From an uncultured Clostridia bacterium (GTDB lineage Bacteria; Bacillota; Clostridia; Oscillospirales; CAG-272): a stretch of DNA of 64,000 nucleotides. The notes below the pieces were generated by a model. That model made no database searches, was not told the origin of the DNA, and worked only from the letters and a program-made list of their open reading frames with translations. A program made the position numbers and the translations under genes. The stretch covers positions 7,575 through 71,574 of the forward strand of contig CALWJT010000006.1 of assembly GCA_944381075.1 (NCBI GenBank), in the 5' to 3' direction. This document shows, in pieces, positions 1 to 9,995 of the stretch (positions are counted from its first letter, which is position 1; every line of letters begins with the position of its first letter).

Positions 1-95
1 TTGGAATGATGCGTAATCCCCATTTTATCAGTCTCATAATAATTTACTTTCCGAATGTAATCACGAATCTCATTTTCCACTTTTTTCCCGCATCC

Positions 96-2111
96 TCATT
101 CATGTTTATTCAGCAATTCTCCAAGCGTTTTCTCCGCCCAGCTGTAATTGGTCAGATAACTGCCCTTGAAGGCGGAGGTATTCTTGCCCGAAAGATAATC
201 GAACAGGTCGCACTGCACTCTTTCCGGTATAATACGGCGTTTTCCATCCACCGATTCCATGATACTGGATATACCGTATTCCTCCAAGGTATTTTTTAAC
301 CGAAGCGCTTCCTTCCGATATCTTGACAGCGTCACGGAATTTACCGCTTCGTTTTCCCACAGAAATCCGATCGCCTCCTCAGAGGAGACATAGCCGCCCC
401 GCCGGTCGACCAAAAGTGCAAGGAGCTCCTTTGCCTTTTTATTCCGAAAGGCGATCGGATTGTCATTGACAAACACGTCAAAATATCCGAATGTCCGAAT
501 CACGATTTTTTTCTGAGACGGATTTGCCGCCTTTCCTACAGGATCCAAATGATACAGCATCACATATCGGGAAGCAAAAGCGTCAGAGGATTTTTTGGAA
601 CAAATCGCCTTGACCTGGCGCTCCGTTCCCGTACCGACGTCAAAGTAAGCGAACGATGCTTCGCCATTTTCCAGCAAATCCATGAACTTTTCATAATCCA
701 CGCCGCATCTGGAGACAAATTCCCGAATGGACGTGCTTTTTTGCATCATAGAAAGCCATTCGTCTCTTTCAAAGCCAAAAAAGCCGCATAGATTATCGCT
801 TGCATACAAAGGCGTCACGTCATTTCCCTTCACCTCAAACGCTGCGACACCGTCGGTAAAATGCCTTACCATCTCCCGCATATTTTCATTCAAGCCCTTG
901 AGAGAAAGGTTTTCACTGCGCAAGCTGTCCGCTTCCCGTTCATTTTGGATCCTTCTGCAGCAGAACAAACCGATCCCTGTGTCAATTTTCAAAAAAATGC
1001 TGCTGTAAGCCTGAGTCCCTCCCGTCTTCGTTTGGACACGATATTCAATCGGAGCAGGACGTCCCGCATTCTCATATGCCTGCTGATCCAAAATATGCCG
1101 GAAGAAATTTTTGACAGCACCGCGGTCGTCCGAGCTTACGCTGCGTTCGATCCACCGTGCAGTCGCCTCTTCCATTTCCATCGGGATATCTTGAATTCTT
1201 CCCAAGGCATCAGAATGGCTTCCGTATACATATCGCACGGTCTGATTGATAAAGTCATATTCAAAGATTTTATCATATACATTGCCGAGTACCTTGACAT
1301 ACTGATCGGTTTGAGACATCCGCTTGGTAAGATAGCGCTCGGTTACATCGATGCAGACGCTCTGATATTCCCCTTTTCCCTGCGGACCGGGCCCCCTTGT
1401 GACCCAGCCGTATAAACGCGCCTTGGTCCCGTCGCAGCGAAGGACCGACAATTCGCCGGATACAGTCTCCCCTTCTCCGCCCACTTTGGCAAGACAGCGG
1501 GAAAACCGCCGCCTTTCCTCCATCGGGATCATAAGATAAATGTTGTCCTTATACAGCTCCCAATAATCGATTTCCCCTTCCTTCGCTTTGGGAAATCGCA
1601 TCATTTTCAGCATCTGTTCATTGATATATGTGATCTTCGGATTTTTTTCACAGGTGTACCTTACGATTCCGCACGGGACCGTCTCATTTAAAAAGCGCAA
1701 GCCTTCGCTCTCTGTTTTTATCTGCGTGATATCGGTCAAAACCGAATGACCGACAAGAGTGCCGTCCTCCCATCTCTCCGCCGTCATCGAATCCCGGACA
1801 TAAAGAACGCTGCCATCCTTGCGCACAATTCTGTAATCCGCAGTTCCGGCACGTTCTCCCGAAGAAAGCCGGACCAAGAGCGATTCATATACCGGCCTGT
1901 CGGCCGGATAGACCACAGCGGCATATAAGTCCGTCCCCTCACAAAAAAGCTCTTCCCTTGCATATCCGAGCATATCGCATAGATTCCGGCTGATAAACGT
2001 CGGGCAAAACGGCTCTTGCAGCTTATATTGACGATAACCGCCGATATGCTTGTCAAGAATTTCCCTCTGATTTTCCAGTTGAAAATCGACGGCATCCGCA
2101 GCATAAAGCAT
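96..2111 (-). CDS. PAS-domain one-component transcriptional regulator with a C-terminal OmpR/SARP-type winged-helix domain
   Basis: 671-aa ORF. The N-terminal ~520 aa contain several PAS-like blocks. The last ~130 aa (IVIRTFGYFDVFVNDNPIAFRNKKAKELLALLVDRRGGYVSSEEAIGFLW...) look like a SARP/OmpR winged helix. Confidence 0.55.
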   Translation of the reverse strand: MLYAADAVDFQLENQREILDKHIGGYRQYKLQEPFCPTFISRNLCDMLGYAREELFCEGTDLYAAVVYPADRPVYESLLVRLSSGERAGTADYRIVRKDGSVLYVRDSMTAERWEDGTLVGHSVLTDITQIKTESEGLRFLNETVPCGIVRYTCEKNPKITYINEQMLKMMRFPKAKEGEIDYWELYKDNIYLMIPMEERRRFSRCLAKVGGEGETVSGELSVLRCDGTKARLYGWVTRGPGPQGKGEYQSVCIDVTERYLTKRMSQTDQYVKVLGNVYDKIFEYDFINQTVRYVYGSHSDALGRIQDIPMEMEEATARWIERSVSSDDRGAVKNFFRHILDQQAYENAGRPAPIEYRVQTKTGGTQAYSSIFLKIDTGIGLFCCRRIQNEREADSLRSENLSLKGLNENMREMVRHFTDGVAAFEVKGNDVTPLYASDNLCGFFGFERDEWLSMMQKSTSIREFVSRCGVDYEKFMDLLENGEASFAYFDVGTGTERQVKAICSKKSSDAFASRYVMLYHLDPVGKAANPSQKKIVIRTFGYFDVFVNDNPIAFRNKKAKELLALLVDRRGGYVSSEEAIGFLWENEAVNSVTLSRYRKEALRLKNTLEEYGISSIMESVDGKRRIIPERVQCDLFDYLSGKNTSAFKGSYLTNYSWAEKTLGELLNKHE

Positions 2112-2156
2112 TTCTCTTTCACCCGCCTTTTTCCCTTGGTCCTGAACGCCAAATTA

Positions 2157-2171
2157 TGATATATTATATCA
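2157..2171. promoter_or_regulatory. Perfect 15-bp palindrome TGATATATTATATCA upstream of the PAS regulator. It contains TATAAT on the minus strand.
   Basis: Read directly. It lies 46-60 nt upstream of the start codon at 2111. Confidence 0.35.
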
Positions 2172-2203
2172 TGGAAAAAGGCAAACGTCAAGCGAAAACC
2201 TCC

Positions 2204-2226
2204 AAGCCCCTAAACAAGGGGGGCTT
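2204..2226 (-). terminator. Candidate intrinsic terminator after plsX
   Basis: AAGCCCC / GGGGCTT stem with a 7-9 nt loop just downstream of the plsX stop. A short U-rich tract (GGAGGTTTTCG) follows on the minus strand. Confidence 0.4.
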
Positions 2227-2231
2227 CCCTT

Positions 2232-3242
2232 TTACACTTCCGCCTGGCTTGCGCCGAAATCCAAGGCGGCCTTCGCGATCTCTTCGCTCACGCCGCTTTC
2301 CGCATAGCGGATCGCTTCCAAAATCGCATTTTTAAAAGCCTTGGCGTCAGAGGAACCGTGAGCCTTGATAACCGGCTTCGATATCCCGAGGATCGGAGAG
2401 CCTCCATATTCGGAAGGATCCAAGCTATGCTTCATTTCGGCCAGAGAGCCTTGGAACAAAAGCGCGGACAGCTTTGTCATGGCATTTTTGGAATATTCCT
2501 TTTTCAAGGTTTTCATCATCCATTTGCAGGTGCCCTCCAGTGCCTTCAAAAATACATTTCCGGTAAAGCCGTCCGTCACAAGGACGTCGCAGGCGCCGAA
2601 CATCGCCTCGCTTCCCTCCACATTGCCGACATAGCGAATGGCTCTGCATTGCCTCAGTCTATGATTGGCCTCCACATGCAGCGGGGTCCCCTTTCCTTCC
2701 TCCGTCCCATTGTTCAGAAGGCCAACGACAGGTGCCGAAATGGAAAACATGCTCTTCATATAGGCAGAGCCCATCACTGCAAATTGTTCCAAATACTCTG
2801 CGCTGACGGTAATATTGGCACCGGCATCGAGCAAAAGAAAAGGGGCGGTGCCGGGCAGGACCGTCCCGATCGCGGCGCGTCCGACCCCGCTTAGCCTTTT
2901 CACAAGCAGACTCGCGCCGGTGAAAAGAGCGCCTGTATTTCCTGCGCTGACAAAGGCATCTCCTTTTCCGTCGGCAAGCATTTGCAGGCCGGTGATCATA
3001 GAGGAGTCCTTTTTCCCCCGCAAAACTGCGATCGGATCGTCCTCCATGGTAATGACAGAAGAAGTATGCACTATTTCAAAGCCGCTTATATCACAGGCAT
3101 ATTGCCTGGCGATACGCAGGAGCTCCTCTCGGTTGCCAACCAAAACAAAGCTGGCGCTGCATTCTCCGGCGGCAGACACCACGCCTCGCAGGACCTCCAG
3201 AGGCGCCTTGTCGCCGCCCATCATATCTACAATTACACGCAT
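2232..3242 (-). CDS. plsX: Phosphate acyltransferase PlsX
   Basis: N-terminus MRVIVDMMGGDKAP and full-length PlsX-like sequence. The start was trimmed from 3350 to the ATG at 3242, because the longer ORF overlaps the upstream gene. Confidence 0.9.
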   Translation of the reverse strand: MRVIVDMMGGDKAPLEVLRGVVSAAGECSASFVLVGNREELLRIARQYACDISGFEIVHTSSVITMEDDPIAVLRGKKDSSMITGLQMLADGKGDAFVSAGNTGALFTGASLLVKRLSGVGRAAIGTVLPGTAPFLLLDAGANITVSAEYLEQFAVMGSAYMKSMFSISAPVVGLLNNGTEEGKGTPLHVEANHRLRQCRAIRYVGNVEGSEAMFGACDVLVTDGFTGNVFLKALEGTCKWMMKTLKKEYSKNAMTKLSALLFQGSLAEMKHSLDPSEYGGSPILGISKPVIKAHGSSDAKAFKNAILEAIRYAESGVSEEIAKAALDFGASQAEV

Positions 3243-3253
3243 ATATCCCTCGG

Positions 3254-4900
3254 CTATTTTACCGCAGCCTTGGCCCGCAGCTCCGTTTTCCGGATCTTTC
3301 CGCTGATGGTCTTGGGCATCTCCTCCACAAACTCGATCAGACGGATCCATTTATATTCCGCAAGCTTGCTGTTACAGAAGTCCTTGATCTCCTTTTCCAG
3401 CTCCTTAGTAGGCAAATACTGCTCAGAAAGGACGATGAAGGCCTTGATCGCCTGCCCTCGGAGCGCGTCAGGCACTCCGACGACGCTGCATTCCAGAACC
3501 GCCGGATGCTCCATCAATACGTTTTCCACCTCATAAGGACCTACGCGGAATCCGCCGGTTTTGATAATATCGTCAAACCGGCCATGGAACCAGTAAAGTC
3601 CGTTTTCATCCTGCCACGCAGCGTCTCCAGTATGATAGACGCCGCCGCGCCACACATGCTGATATTGCTTTTCGTCATCCAGATAGCCGCAGAATACCCC
3701 CGGCTGTCTCCCCCCTGCCGGCGGGACGATCACGACCTCGCCGATCTTTCCCGGCGGTGTCGGACTTCCGTCCTTATCCTGGAGCTCGATATGATAGAGC
3801 GGCGAAATCGTCCCCATGGACCCCTCAACCGGCTCTCTTCCCTTTAAATTGCCCATCAGAAGAGTGGTTTCGGTCTGCCCATAGCCTTCGCACAGCGGAA
3901 TCCCCGTGCGTTCTGTAAACAGCCGGAACACCTCCGGCGCCAGCATCTCCCCCGCCGTAGAAGCATGGCGGAGCTTCGGCATATCCGGAACGCCCTTGCG
4001 CACAAGATATCGATATACCGTAGGAGGAGCGCAAAAGGAGGTGACGCCGTAGCGATTGATGATATTTGTGAGCTGTTTGGGCACGAAATTGTCGAAATCA
4101 TATACCATAACCGCGCATCCGACAAGCCATTGCCCATAGATCTTGCCCCATGAAGCCTTTGCCCAGCCGGTTTCTGCAACAGTAAAATGCAGTCCGTCCT
4201 CCTCTGCCTGCTGCCAGTATTTTGCAGTAACGATATGTGCCAGCGGATAGGAGAAGTCATGGATGACGCCCTTGGGTTCTCCGGTCGTTCCGGACGTAAA
4301 ATAGAGCAGCATCGGATCGGTCACAAGCGTCGGACGGCGTTCCAGCTTGTCGCTCGCCGCCTTCATCTCTTCCGTCAGATTCCGGAAGCCCTCCCTGTCG
4401 GACTGTACGCACCACAGACGTGCGCTGGCTCCTAAATTGGTCAATGCAGACTGGATTTTTTCCGGGACTTCATTCTGCGGCGTGCAGATAACGGCATCCA
4501 CATGCGTCGCACGGATGCGGTATTCAAGGTCCTTTACCGTCAGCATATGTGTGGCAGGGATCATCGTCGCCCCCAATTTATGAAGGGCCACCGTTACAAA
4601 CCAATATTCATAATGGCGCTTCAGGATCACCATGACCCGAGAGCCTCTTGTGATCCCTGAGGCCTCCAGTACATTGGCAGCCTGATTGCTGAATTTCTGG
4701 ATATCGGAAAACGTAAAAATATGTTCTTCATTCTCTGTATTGCACCAAACAAGCGCCTTTTTTTCCGGTTCACTCTCTGCAATCGCATCGACCACATCAT
4801 AGCCGAAGTTGAAATTCTCAGGGTAGTCAAGCTCAATTTTCGCAAGAGCGCCGGAGGAATCCAGCTGCTCTCTGCAAAATTTCTGGTAAATACTCTTCAT
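3254..4900 (-). CDS. AMP-forming acyl-CoA/acyl-ACP synthetase (ANL superfamily ligase)
   Basis: 548 aa with the AMP-binding motif YFTSGTTGEPKG and the GYGQTE and C-terminal SGKIRK motifs. The stop codon is TAG. It is packed between accA (18-nt gap) and plsX (11-nt gap). Confidence 0.8.
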   Translation of the reverse strand: MKSIYQKFCREQLDSSGALAKIELDYPENFNFGYDVVDAIAESEPEKKALVWCNTENEEHIFTFSDIQKFSNQAANVLEASGITRGSRVMVILKRHYEYWFVTVALHKLGATMIPATHMLTVKDLEYRIRATHVDAVICTPQNEVPEKIQSALTNLGASARLWCVQSDREGFRNLTEEMKAASDKLERRPTLVTDPMLLYFTSGTTGEPKGVIHDFSYPLAHIVTAKYWQQAEEDGLHFTVAETGWAKASWGKIYGQWLVGCAVMVYDFDNFVPKQLTNIINRYGVTSFCAPPTVYRYLVRKGVPDMPKLRHASTAGEMLAPEVFRLFTERTGIPLCEGYGQTETTLLMGNLKGREPVEGSMGTISPLYHIELQDKDGSPTPPGKIGEVVIVPPAGGRQPGVFCGYLDDEKQYQHVWRGGVYHTGDAAWQDENGLYWFHGRFDDIIKTGGFRVGPYEVENVLMEHPAVLECSVVGVPDALRGQAIKAFIVLSEQYLPTKELEKEIKDFCNSKLAEYKWIRLIEFVEEMPKTISGKIRKTELRAKAAVK

Positions 4901-4918
4901 AAAATTTTTATCCTTATC

Positions 4919-5713
4919 TCATACAATCTCATCGGATTCCACCATGCCGATCCTCCGGAACCTGTCGTACCTCTTCTGAAGCAGCTCCGGGTCCTCGGAC
5001 AGCTCCGCCACTTCATCGATAAGAAGAGAGCGGATGCGCTCGTAATACTCTTTTTTTCCAATATCGGTCTCCGAGAGAATGCGTTCAATCACGCCAAGAC
5101 TCTTCGCGTCCTCAGCCGTCAGCTTCAGGCTTGCCGCCGCAACCTCAGCTTTAGAGGAATCCTTCCAAAGAATGCTGGCGCAGCCCTCGGGAGAAATGAC
5201 GGAATATACCGCATTTTGCAGCATCCATACACGATCGGCCACCGCCAGCGCCAGCGCGCCGCCGCTTCCGCCTTCTCCGACCAGGATCGAGACGATAGGA
5301 ACGCACAGCGTGCTCATTTCCATCAAATTTTCGGATATCGCCTGTCCCTGCCCGCGCTCTTCAGCACCGATCCCGCAGTATGCGCCCGAAGTGTCCACAA
5401 AGCATATGATGGGACGTCCAAATTTCTCTGCCTGCTTCATCAAGCGCAGGGCTTTCCGATATCCCTCCGGATGCGGCGCACCGAAATTGCGCGCGACGCG
5501 CTCCTTCGCTGTATGTCCCTTTTCAATGGCAATCACAGTAACGGGATTTCCGTTAAGACGCGCAATCCCTCCAATAATCGCAGGATCGTCGCCAAAGCTG
5601 CGGTCGCCGTGAAACTCAAGGAAGCCCTTGAAAATATTTTTGATATAGTCCAGTCCCGTGGGGCGGCTGCTGTCACGGGCAAGCTTTACTCGGTCATAAG
5701 GAGCCTGGTTCAT
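4919..5713 (-). CDS. accA: Acetyl-CoA carboxylase carboxyltransferase alpha subunit
   Basis: 264 aa with an AccA-like core (GFLEFHGDR, IICFVDTSGAYCGIGAEERGQGQAI). Confidence 0.9.
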   Translation of the reverse strand: MNQAPYDRVKLARDSSRPTGLDYIKNIFKGFLEFHGDRSFGDDPAIIGGIARLNGNPVTVIAIEKGHTAKERVARNFGAPHPEGYRKALRLMKQAEKFGRPIICFVDTSGAYCGIGAEERGQGQAISENLMEMSTLCVPIVSILVGEGGSGGALALAVADRVWMLQNAVYSVISPEGCASILWKDSSKAEVAAASLKLTAEDAKSLGVIERILSETDIGKKEYYERIRSLLIDEVAELSEDPELLQKRYDRFRRIGMVESDEIV

Positions 5714-5717
5714 TTCG

Positions 5718-6569
5718 TTATCCTCCTGTATGCATTTTCAAAAGCTCGGCAAGAAGCTTTTTTTGGTCCTTGCGCGGCACAATGCGGTCGATAAATCCAT
5801 GCTGCAGCACAAATTCCGATTTTTGGAATTCCTTAGGCAGGGCTTTTCGCGTCGTCTGCTCGACGACGCGCGCGCCGGCAAAGCCGACCGTTGCGCCCGG
5901 CTCCGCCAGAATGATATCGGCTTCCATGGCAAAGCTCGCCGTAACCCCTCCCGTTGTCGGATCGGTCAACACCGCTATATACAGAAGTCCCACATCGCTG
6001 TGTCTCTTGACGGCAGCGCTCGTCTTCGCCATTTGCATTAGGGACAAGAGCCCCTCCTGCATTCTGGCGCCGCCCGAAACCGTGAATCCGATAACCGGCA
6101 GACGGTGCGCCGCCGCATACTCAAAGAGAGCCGTTATCTTTTCTCCTACGGCGCTGCCCATGCTTCCCATCATAAAATGAGACTCCATGACAAAAAGACA
6201 GCACTTCTGCTTTCCGACAGCCGCCGTACCGCAAATCACAGCCTCTTCCTCGCCGCTCGCGTTCTTCACCGTCTCCAGCTTCTCCGTATAACCGGGAAAA
6301 GCCAGAGGATTGCAGGATTTTACATCCCCAAACAGCTCCTGAAAGCTATTTTTGTCCGTTATCATCCCGATCCGCTGTCTTGCCTTCATCCGGAAATGAT
6401 AGCCGCATGGGCATACGAGCTGATTGGCCCACAAATGGCTGATGGGAATGTTTTTATGACAGTTCGGACAAGTTTTTTCCGGCTCGCCCGCGTCTTCCTG
6501 GATGGGAGCGGAGGTCCTGCCTCCCTCCTCCAATACGTTTTTCGGTTTTAGAAAATTCAGTAACGCCAT
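5718..6569 (-). CDS. accD: Acetyl-CoA carboxylase carboxyltransferase beta subunit
   Basis: 283 aa with an N-terminal Zn-ribbon (CPNC...CPCG) and an AccD core. Confidence 0.9.
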   Translation of the reverse strand: MALLNFLKPKNVLEEGGRTSAPIQEDAGEPEKTCPNCHKNIPISHLWANQLVCPCGYHFRMKARQRIGMITDKNSFQELFGDVKSCNPLAFPGYTEKLETVKNASGEEEAVICGTAAVGKQKCCLFVMESHFMMGSMGSAVGEKITALFEYAAAHRLPVIGFTVSGGARMQEGLLSLMQMAKTSAAVKRHSDVGLLYIAVLTDPTTGGVTASFAMEADIILAEPGATVGFAGARVVEQTTRKALPKEFQKSEFVLQHGFIDRIVPRKDQKKLLAELLKMHTGG

Positions 6570-6573
6570 TTCA

Positions 6574-7881
6574 TCACCTGCTACCCATAAAGGTCAAATC
6601 ATAATCCCCGGAGGCAAAGCGCTTATCGGAAACGATTCGCAGCTGTTCCTCAACATTGGTGGGGATGCCTTCAATCACAAGCTCGCACAAAGCCGCGCGC
6701 AGCTTGCGCAGCGCTTCCTCTCTGGTCTTCGCATGCACGACAAGCTTTCCGAGCAAAGAATCATAATAAGGAGTGACCACGGTCCCCGCAACAAGACAGG
6801 TGTCAAAGCGAACAAAGGGCCCCCCCGGTACATGAAGCATTTTCAGGGTCCCGCAGCCCGTGGCATTGATCCTGCATTCGATCGCAGAACCGACAAGAGG
6901 GACATCCGCCTGACAAAAGCTTAAGGGGATCCCCGCCGCAATGCGGATCTGCCATTTGACAAGATCGATTCCGGTCAGCATTTCGGTCACGCAGTGCTCC
7001 ACCTGAAGCCGGACATTCATTTCCATAAACCAGAAGTTTCCCTCTTTGTCATAGAGGAACTCCAGTGTGCCGGCGCCCACATATCCGATTCTCTTCACAG
7101 CATTTACCGCCGCGTCCATGATGTCGCGGCGCTGCGCCTCACTGACGGCGGGAGACGGCGTCTCCTCGATCAGCTTCTGATTGCGCCGCTGAAGCGAACA
7201 GTCTCTCTCTCCAAGGCAAACGACATCTCCCGCCTCGTCTGCAAGGATTTGAAGCTCGATATGCCGAGCCGGAAAAATATATTTTTCCAAATAGACGGAA
7301 CCGTCCCCGAACGCGCTTGCCGCCTCCGCCGTCGCCTGCATATAAGCGTCGTCAAGCTCGGCCTCGCTGCGGATCAGCCGGATACCGCGTCCGCCGCCGC
7401 CCGCGCATGCCTTCAGCATCACAGGATACCCGATCTTTCCCGCCGCTTTTTTCGCTTCTTCAAGCGACGATACCGCCTGTGTACCCGGAATGACGGAAAG
7501 ACCGGCATCCCGCATCAGCTCCTTGAGCACGGCTTTGTCGCTGAGCCGCTCCATATTTTCCGGATCTGGTCCGATAAAGACGATGCCGTTTTTTCGGCAA
7601 AGCCGTGCGAAGTGGGCATTTTCCGATAAAAATCCATAGCCCGGATGGATGGCCTGCGCACCCGACAGAAGCGCCGTGCTGATGATTCGATTTTCATTCA
7701 AATAGCTGTCCGACGCCTCCGGCGCGCCGATGCAGTAGCTTTCGTCGGCAAGCGCCACATGCAGGGCGCCCGCATCCGCCTCGGAATATACGGCGACCGT
7801 CGCGACGCCCATTTCCTTGCAGGCGCGGATGATGCGCACGGCGATCTCGCCTCGGTTTGCAATCAAAATTTTTGAAAACAT
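6574..7881 (-). CDS. accC: Biotin carboxylase
   Basis: 435 aa with MFSKILIANRGEIAVRIIRACKEMG and an ATP-grasp domain. Confidence 0.95.
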   Translation of the reverse strand: MFSKILIANRGEIAVRIIRACKEMGVATVAVYSEADAGALHVALADESYCIGAPEASDSYLNENRIISTALLSGAQAIHPGYGFLSENAHFARLCRKNGIVFIGPDPENMERLSDKAVLKELMRDAGLSVIPGTQAVSSLEEAKKAAGKIGYPVMLKACAGGGGRGIRLIRSEAELDDAYMQATAEAASAFGDGSVYLEKYIFPARHIELQILADEAGDVVCLGERDCSLQRRNQKLIEETPSPAVSEAQRRDIMDAAVNAVKRIGYVGAGTLEFLYDKEGNFWFMEMNVRLQVEHCVTEMLTGIDLVKWQIRIAAGIPLSFCQADVPLVGSAIECRINATGCGTLKMLHVPGGPFVRFDTCLVAGTVVTPYYDSLLGKLVVHAKTREEALRKLRAALCELVIEGIPTNVEEQLRIVSDKRFASGDYDLTFMGSR

Positions 7882-7885
7882 AGCT

Positions 7886-8302
7886 CTATTCTCCGACGAC
7901 GGCGAAAGAAAATTCTGCGCTCACACACACAGTACCGCCCACGTTCACAGTTCCCTCGGCAAAATAAAACGGAGGCTTTGCCCGCTTGATGCTGCATTTT
8001 GTTTCCACCGTATCTCCGGGACGGACCGGATGGCGGAATTTCACATTGTTCAGCCCCGTATACACGGGCAGCTTTCCGTCCGTCATGACGTCCGCCATCA
8101 AAACACAGGCGGACTGCGCGAGGATCTCGCAAAGGATCACACCCGGCACAATCGGATTGCCCGGAAAATTTCCCTGAAGAAAAAATTCATCGCCCTTTAT
8201 CGTATAATGGCCGACAGCCGTTCCGTCCCGGTTCTCGACATCGTCAAGCAAAAGCATGTTATCTCTGTGAGGCAGAATCTTTTGGATTTCTTCCCGTGTC
8301 AT
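7886..8302 (-). CDS. fabZ: 3-hydroxyacyl-ACP dehydratase
   Basis: 138 aa hot-dog fold with LPHRDNMLLLD and FPGNPIVPGVL. Confidence 0.9.
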   Translation of the reverse strand: MTREEIQKILPHRDNMLLLDDVENRDGTAVGHYTIKGDEFFLQGNFPGNPIVPGVILCEILAQSACVLMADVMTDGKLPVYTGLNNVKFRHPVRPGDTVETKCSIKRAKPPFYFAEGTVNVGGTVCVSAEFSFAVVGE

Positions 8303-8305
8303 CGC

Positions 8306-8740
8306 TTACCTCCTGATCCGGAACAGCTCGGTTCCATATTCCACGACCTGACCGTTGGTGACACAGATCTTTTCAATGACGCCGCTTTCCTCTGCCGCAA
8401 TTTCATTCATCAGCTTCATCGCCTCGATGATACAGAGCGTCTGTCCCTTTTCTACCCGGTCTCCGATGGCAACAAAAGGCTCTGCGTTCTCCGCAGGCGC
8501 CGCATAAAATACGCCGACAAAAGAGGATCTTACGCTGACGCAGCCGTCGCCGCCCTCCATCACGGGCATCTCAGCTCCCACCGGCGCCGCAGGCGCCGCC
8601 TGAATCACCATCGGCTCATGCAAAGCACCTGGCAGCGAACGTTCCAGACGGACCCGCTTGTTGTCCTCAGAAATCTCAAGCGCCGTAAGCTCAAGCTCCT
8701 TCATCAGAGCCGCATATTTACGAATATCTGCTTCTTTCAT
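8306..8740 (-). CDS. accB: Biotin carboxyl carrier protein
   Basis: 144 aa with the biotinylation motif EAMKLMNEI. Confidence 0.9.
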   Translation of the reverse strand: MKEADIRKYAALMKELELTALEISEDNKRVRLERSLPGALHEPMVIQAAPAAPVGAEMPVMEGGDGCVSVRSSFVGVFYAAPAENAEPFVAIGDRVEKGQTLCIIEAMKLMNEIAAEESGVIEKICVTNGQVVEYGTELFRIRR

Positions 8741-9984
8741 ACCGTCACCTTCCTAAAGGCAAGGCACGCATTGTGCCCGCCGAATCCGAGAGAATTGGAG
8801 AGCGCAAGATCGACCTGCTGCCGGATGGCCGTCTCCGGAATATAGTTCAGATCGCATTCGGGATCCGGCTCCTGCAAATGGATGGTCGGAGGAAGGATTC
8901 CCTCCTTCAGAGCGAGCAGGCACGCAAGCGCCTCCACGGCGCCTGCCGCGCCAAGCATGTGTCCCGTCATCGATTTCGTCGAGCTGATATAAGCGCGTCT
9001 GGCTGCTTCTTCGCCAAGCGCCTTTTTGATCGCCAGCGTCTCCACCTTATCGTTCATGGGAGTCCCCGTCCCATGCGCATTGATATAGACCCTGTCGCCC
9101 TCGGTATATCCCGCCTCGCGCATCGCGTCCAGCATCGCCTGTGCGCCGCCGCGCGCCTCGGGATGAGGCGCCGTGATATGGTTTGCATCGCAGGTCGAGC
9201 CATATCCGCACACTTCGCCGTAGATTTTAGCGCCCCTTGCCACGGCGTGCTCATATTCCTCCAGCACCAGCGAGACCGAACCCTCGCCGATGACAAAGCC
9301 GGCGCGCCGCTTGTCAAACGGCAGGGACGCTGCTTCCGGATCCTCCGAGGTGGAAAGCGCCTGCATATTTACAAAGCCCGCGATGGAGGATGCGCAGATC
9401 GCCGCTTCCGATCCGCCCGTGATAACAGCGTCTGCATATCCGTGACGAATGAGGCGCATCGCCTCTCCGATCGCATTGGAGCCGGATGCACACGCCGTCA
9501 CCGCCGGCATCGCGGGACCTCTGCAATCATACTGGATAGCGATCATCCCCGCCGCCATATTGGGGATCATCATCGGAACAAACAGGGAGGATACCCTGCG
9601 CGGTCCCCGTTCCATCAGCTTGGTATGTTCGATCTCAAAGGTACGGATACCGCCGATGCCGACACCGATATAGACCGCCATGCGCTCAGGGGCGACAGTT
9701 CCGACAACGCCGCTTTCCTTCACCGCCTCCGCCGCCGCGACAAGCGCAAACTGCGTATAGCGGTCGGTGCGAAGCGACTCGGATTTCTCCATATAATCAA
9801 GCGGATTGAAGCCCTTGACCTCGGCGCCGAGCTTTGCTTTATAATTTTCTGTATCAAACAAGGTGATCGGCGCGATGCCGTTTGTTCCGGATTTCAGCGC
9901 CTGCCACGTTTCTTCTGTATTCTTGCCCAGCGGCGTGATGGCGCCGAGGCCCGTCACCACCACTCTTCTGATGTTCTCATTCAT
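8737..9984 (-). CDS. fabF: 3-oxoacyl-ACP synthase II
   Basis: 415 aa KAS-II with the ACASG active-site Cys region, HGTGT and GFGGHN. Confidence 0.9.
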   Translation of the reverse strand: MNENIRRVVVTGLGAITPLGKNTEETWQALKSGTNGIAPITLFDTENYKAKLGAEVKGFNPLDYMEKSESLRTDRYTQFALVAAAEAVKESGVVGTVAPERMAVYIGVGIGGIRTFEIEHTKLMERGPRRVSSLFVPMMIPNMAAGMIAIQYDCRGPAMPAVTACASGSNAIGEAMRLIRHGYADAVITGGSEAAICASSIAGFVNMQALSTSEDPEAASLPFDKRRAGFVIGEGSVSLVLEEYEHAVARGAKIYGEVCGYGSTCDANHITAPHPEARGGAQAMLDAMREAGYTEGDRVYINAHGTGTPMNDKVETLAIKKALGEEAARRAYISSTKSMTGHMLGAAGAVEALACLLALKEGILPPTIHLQEPDPECDLNYIPETAIRQQVDLALSNSLGFGGHNACLAFRKVTV

Positions 9985-9995
9985 TCTGATTCTCC

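Noticed and set aside
1-95. A possible partial minus-strand gene start at 37 running off the left edge (MRLIKWGLRIIP...), and the plus-strand ORF 6-299.
   Set aside because: Only 12 codons are visible with a weak RBS. The plus-strand ORF overlaps the regulator gene antisense and has no supporting features.
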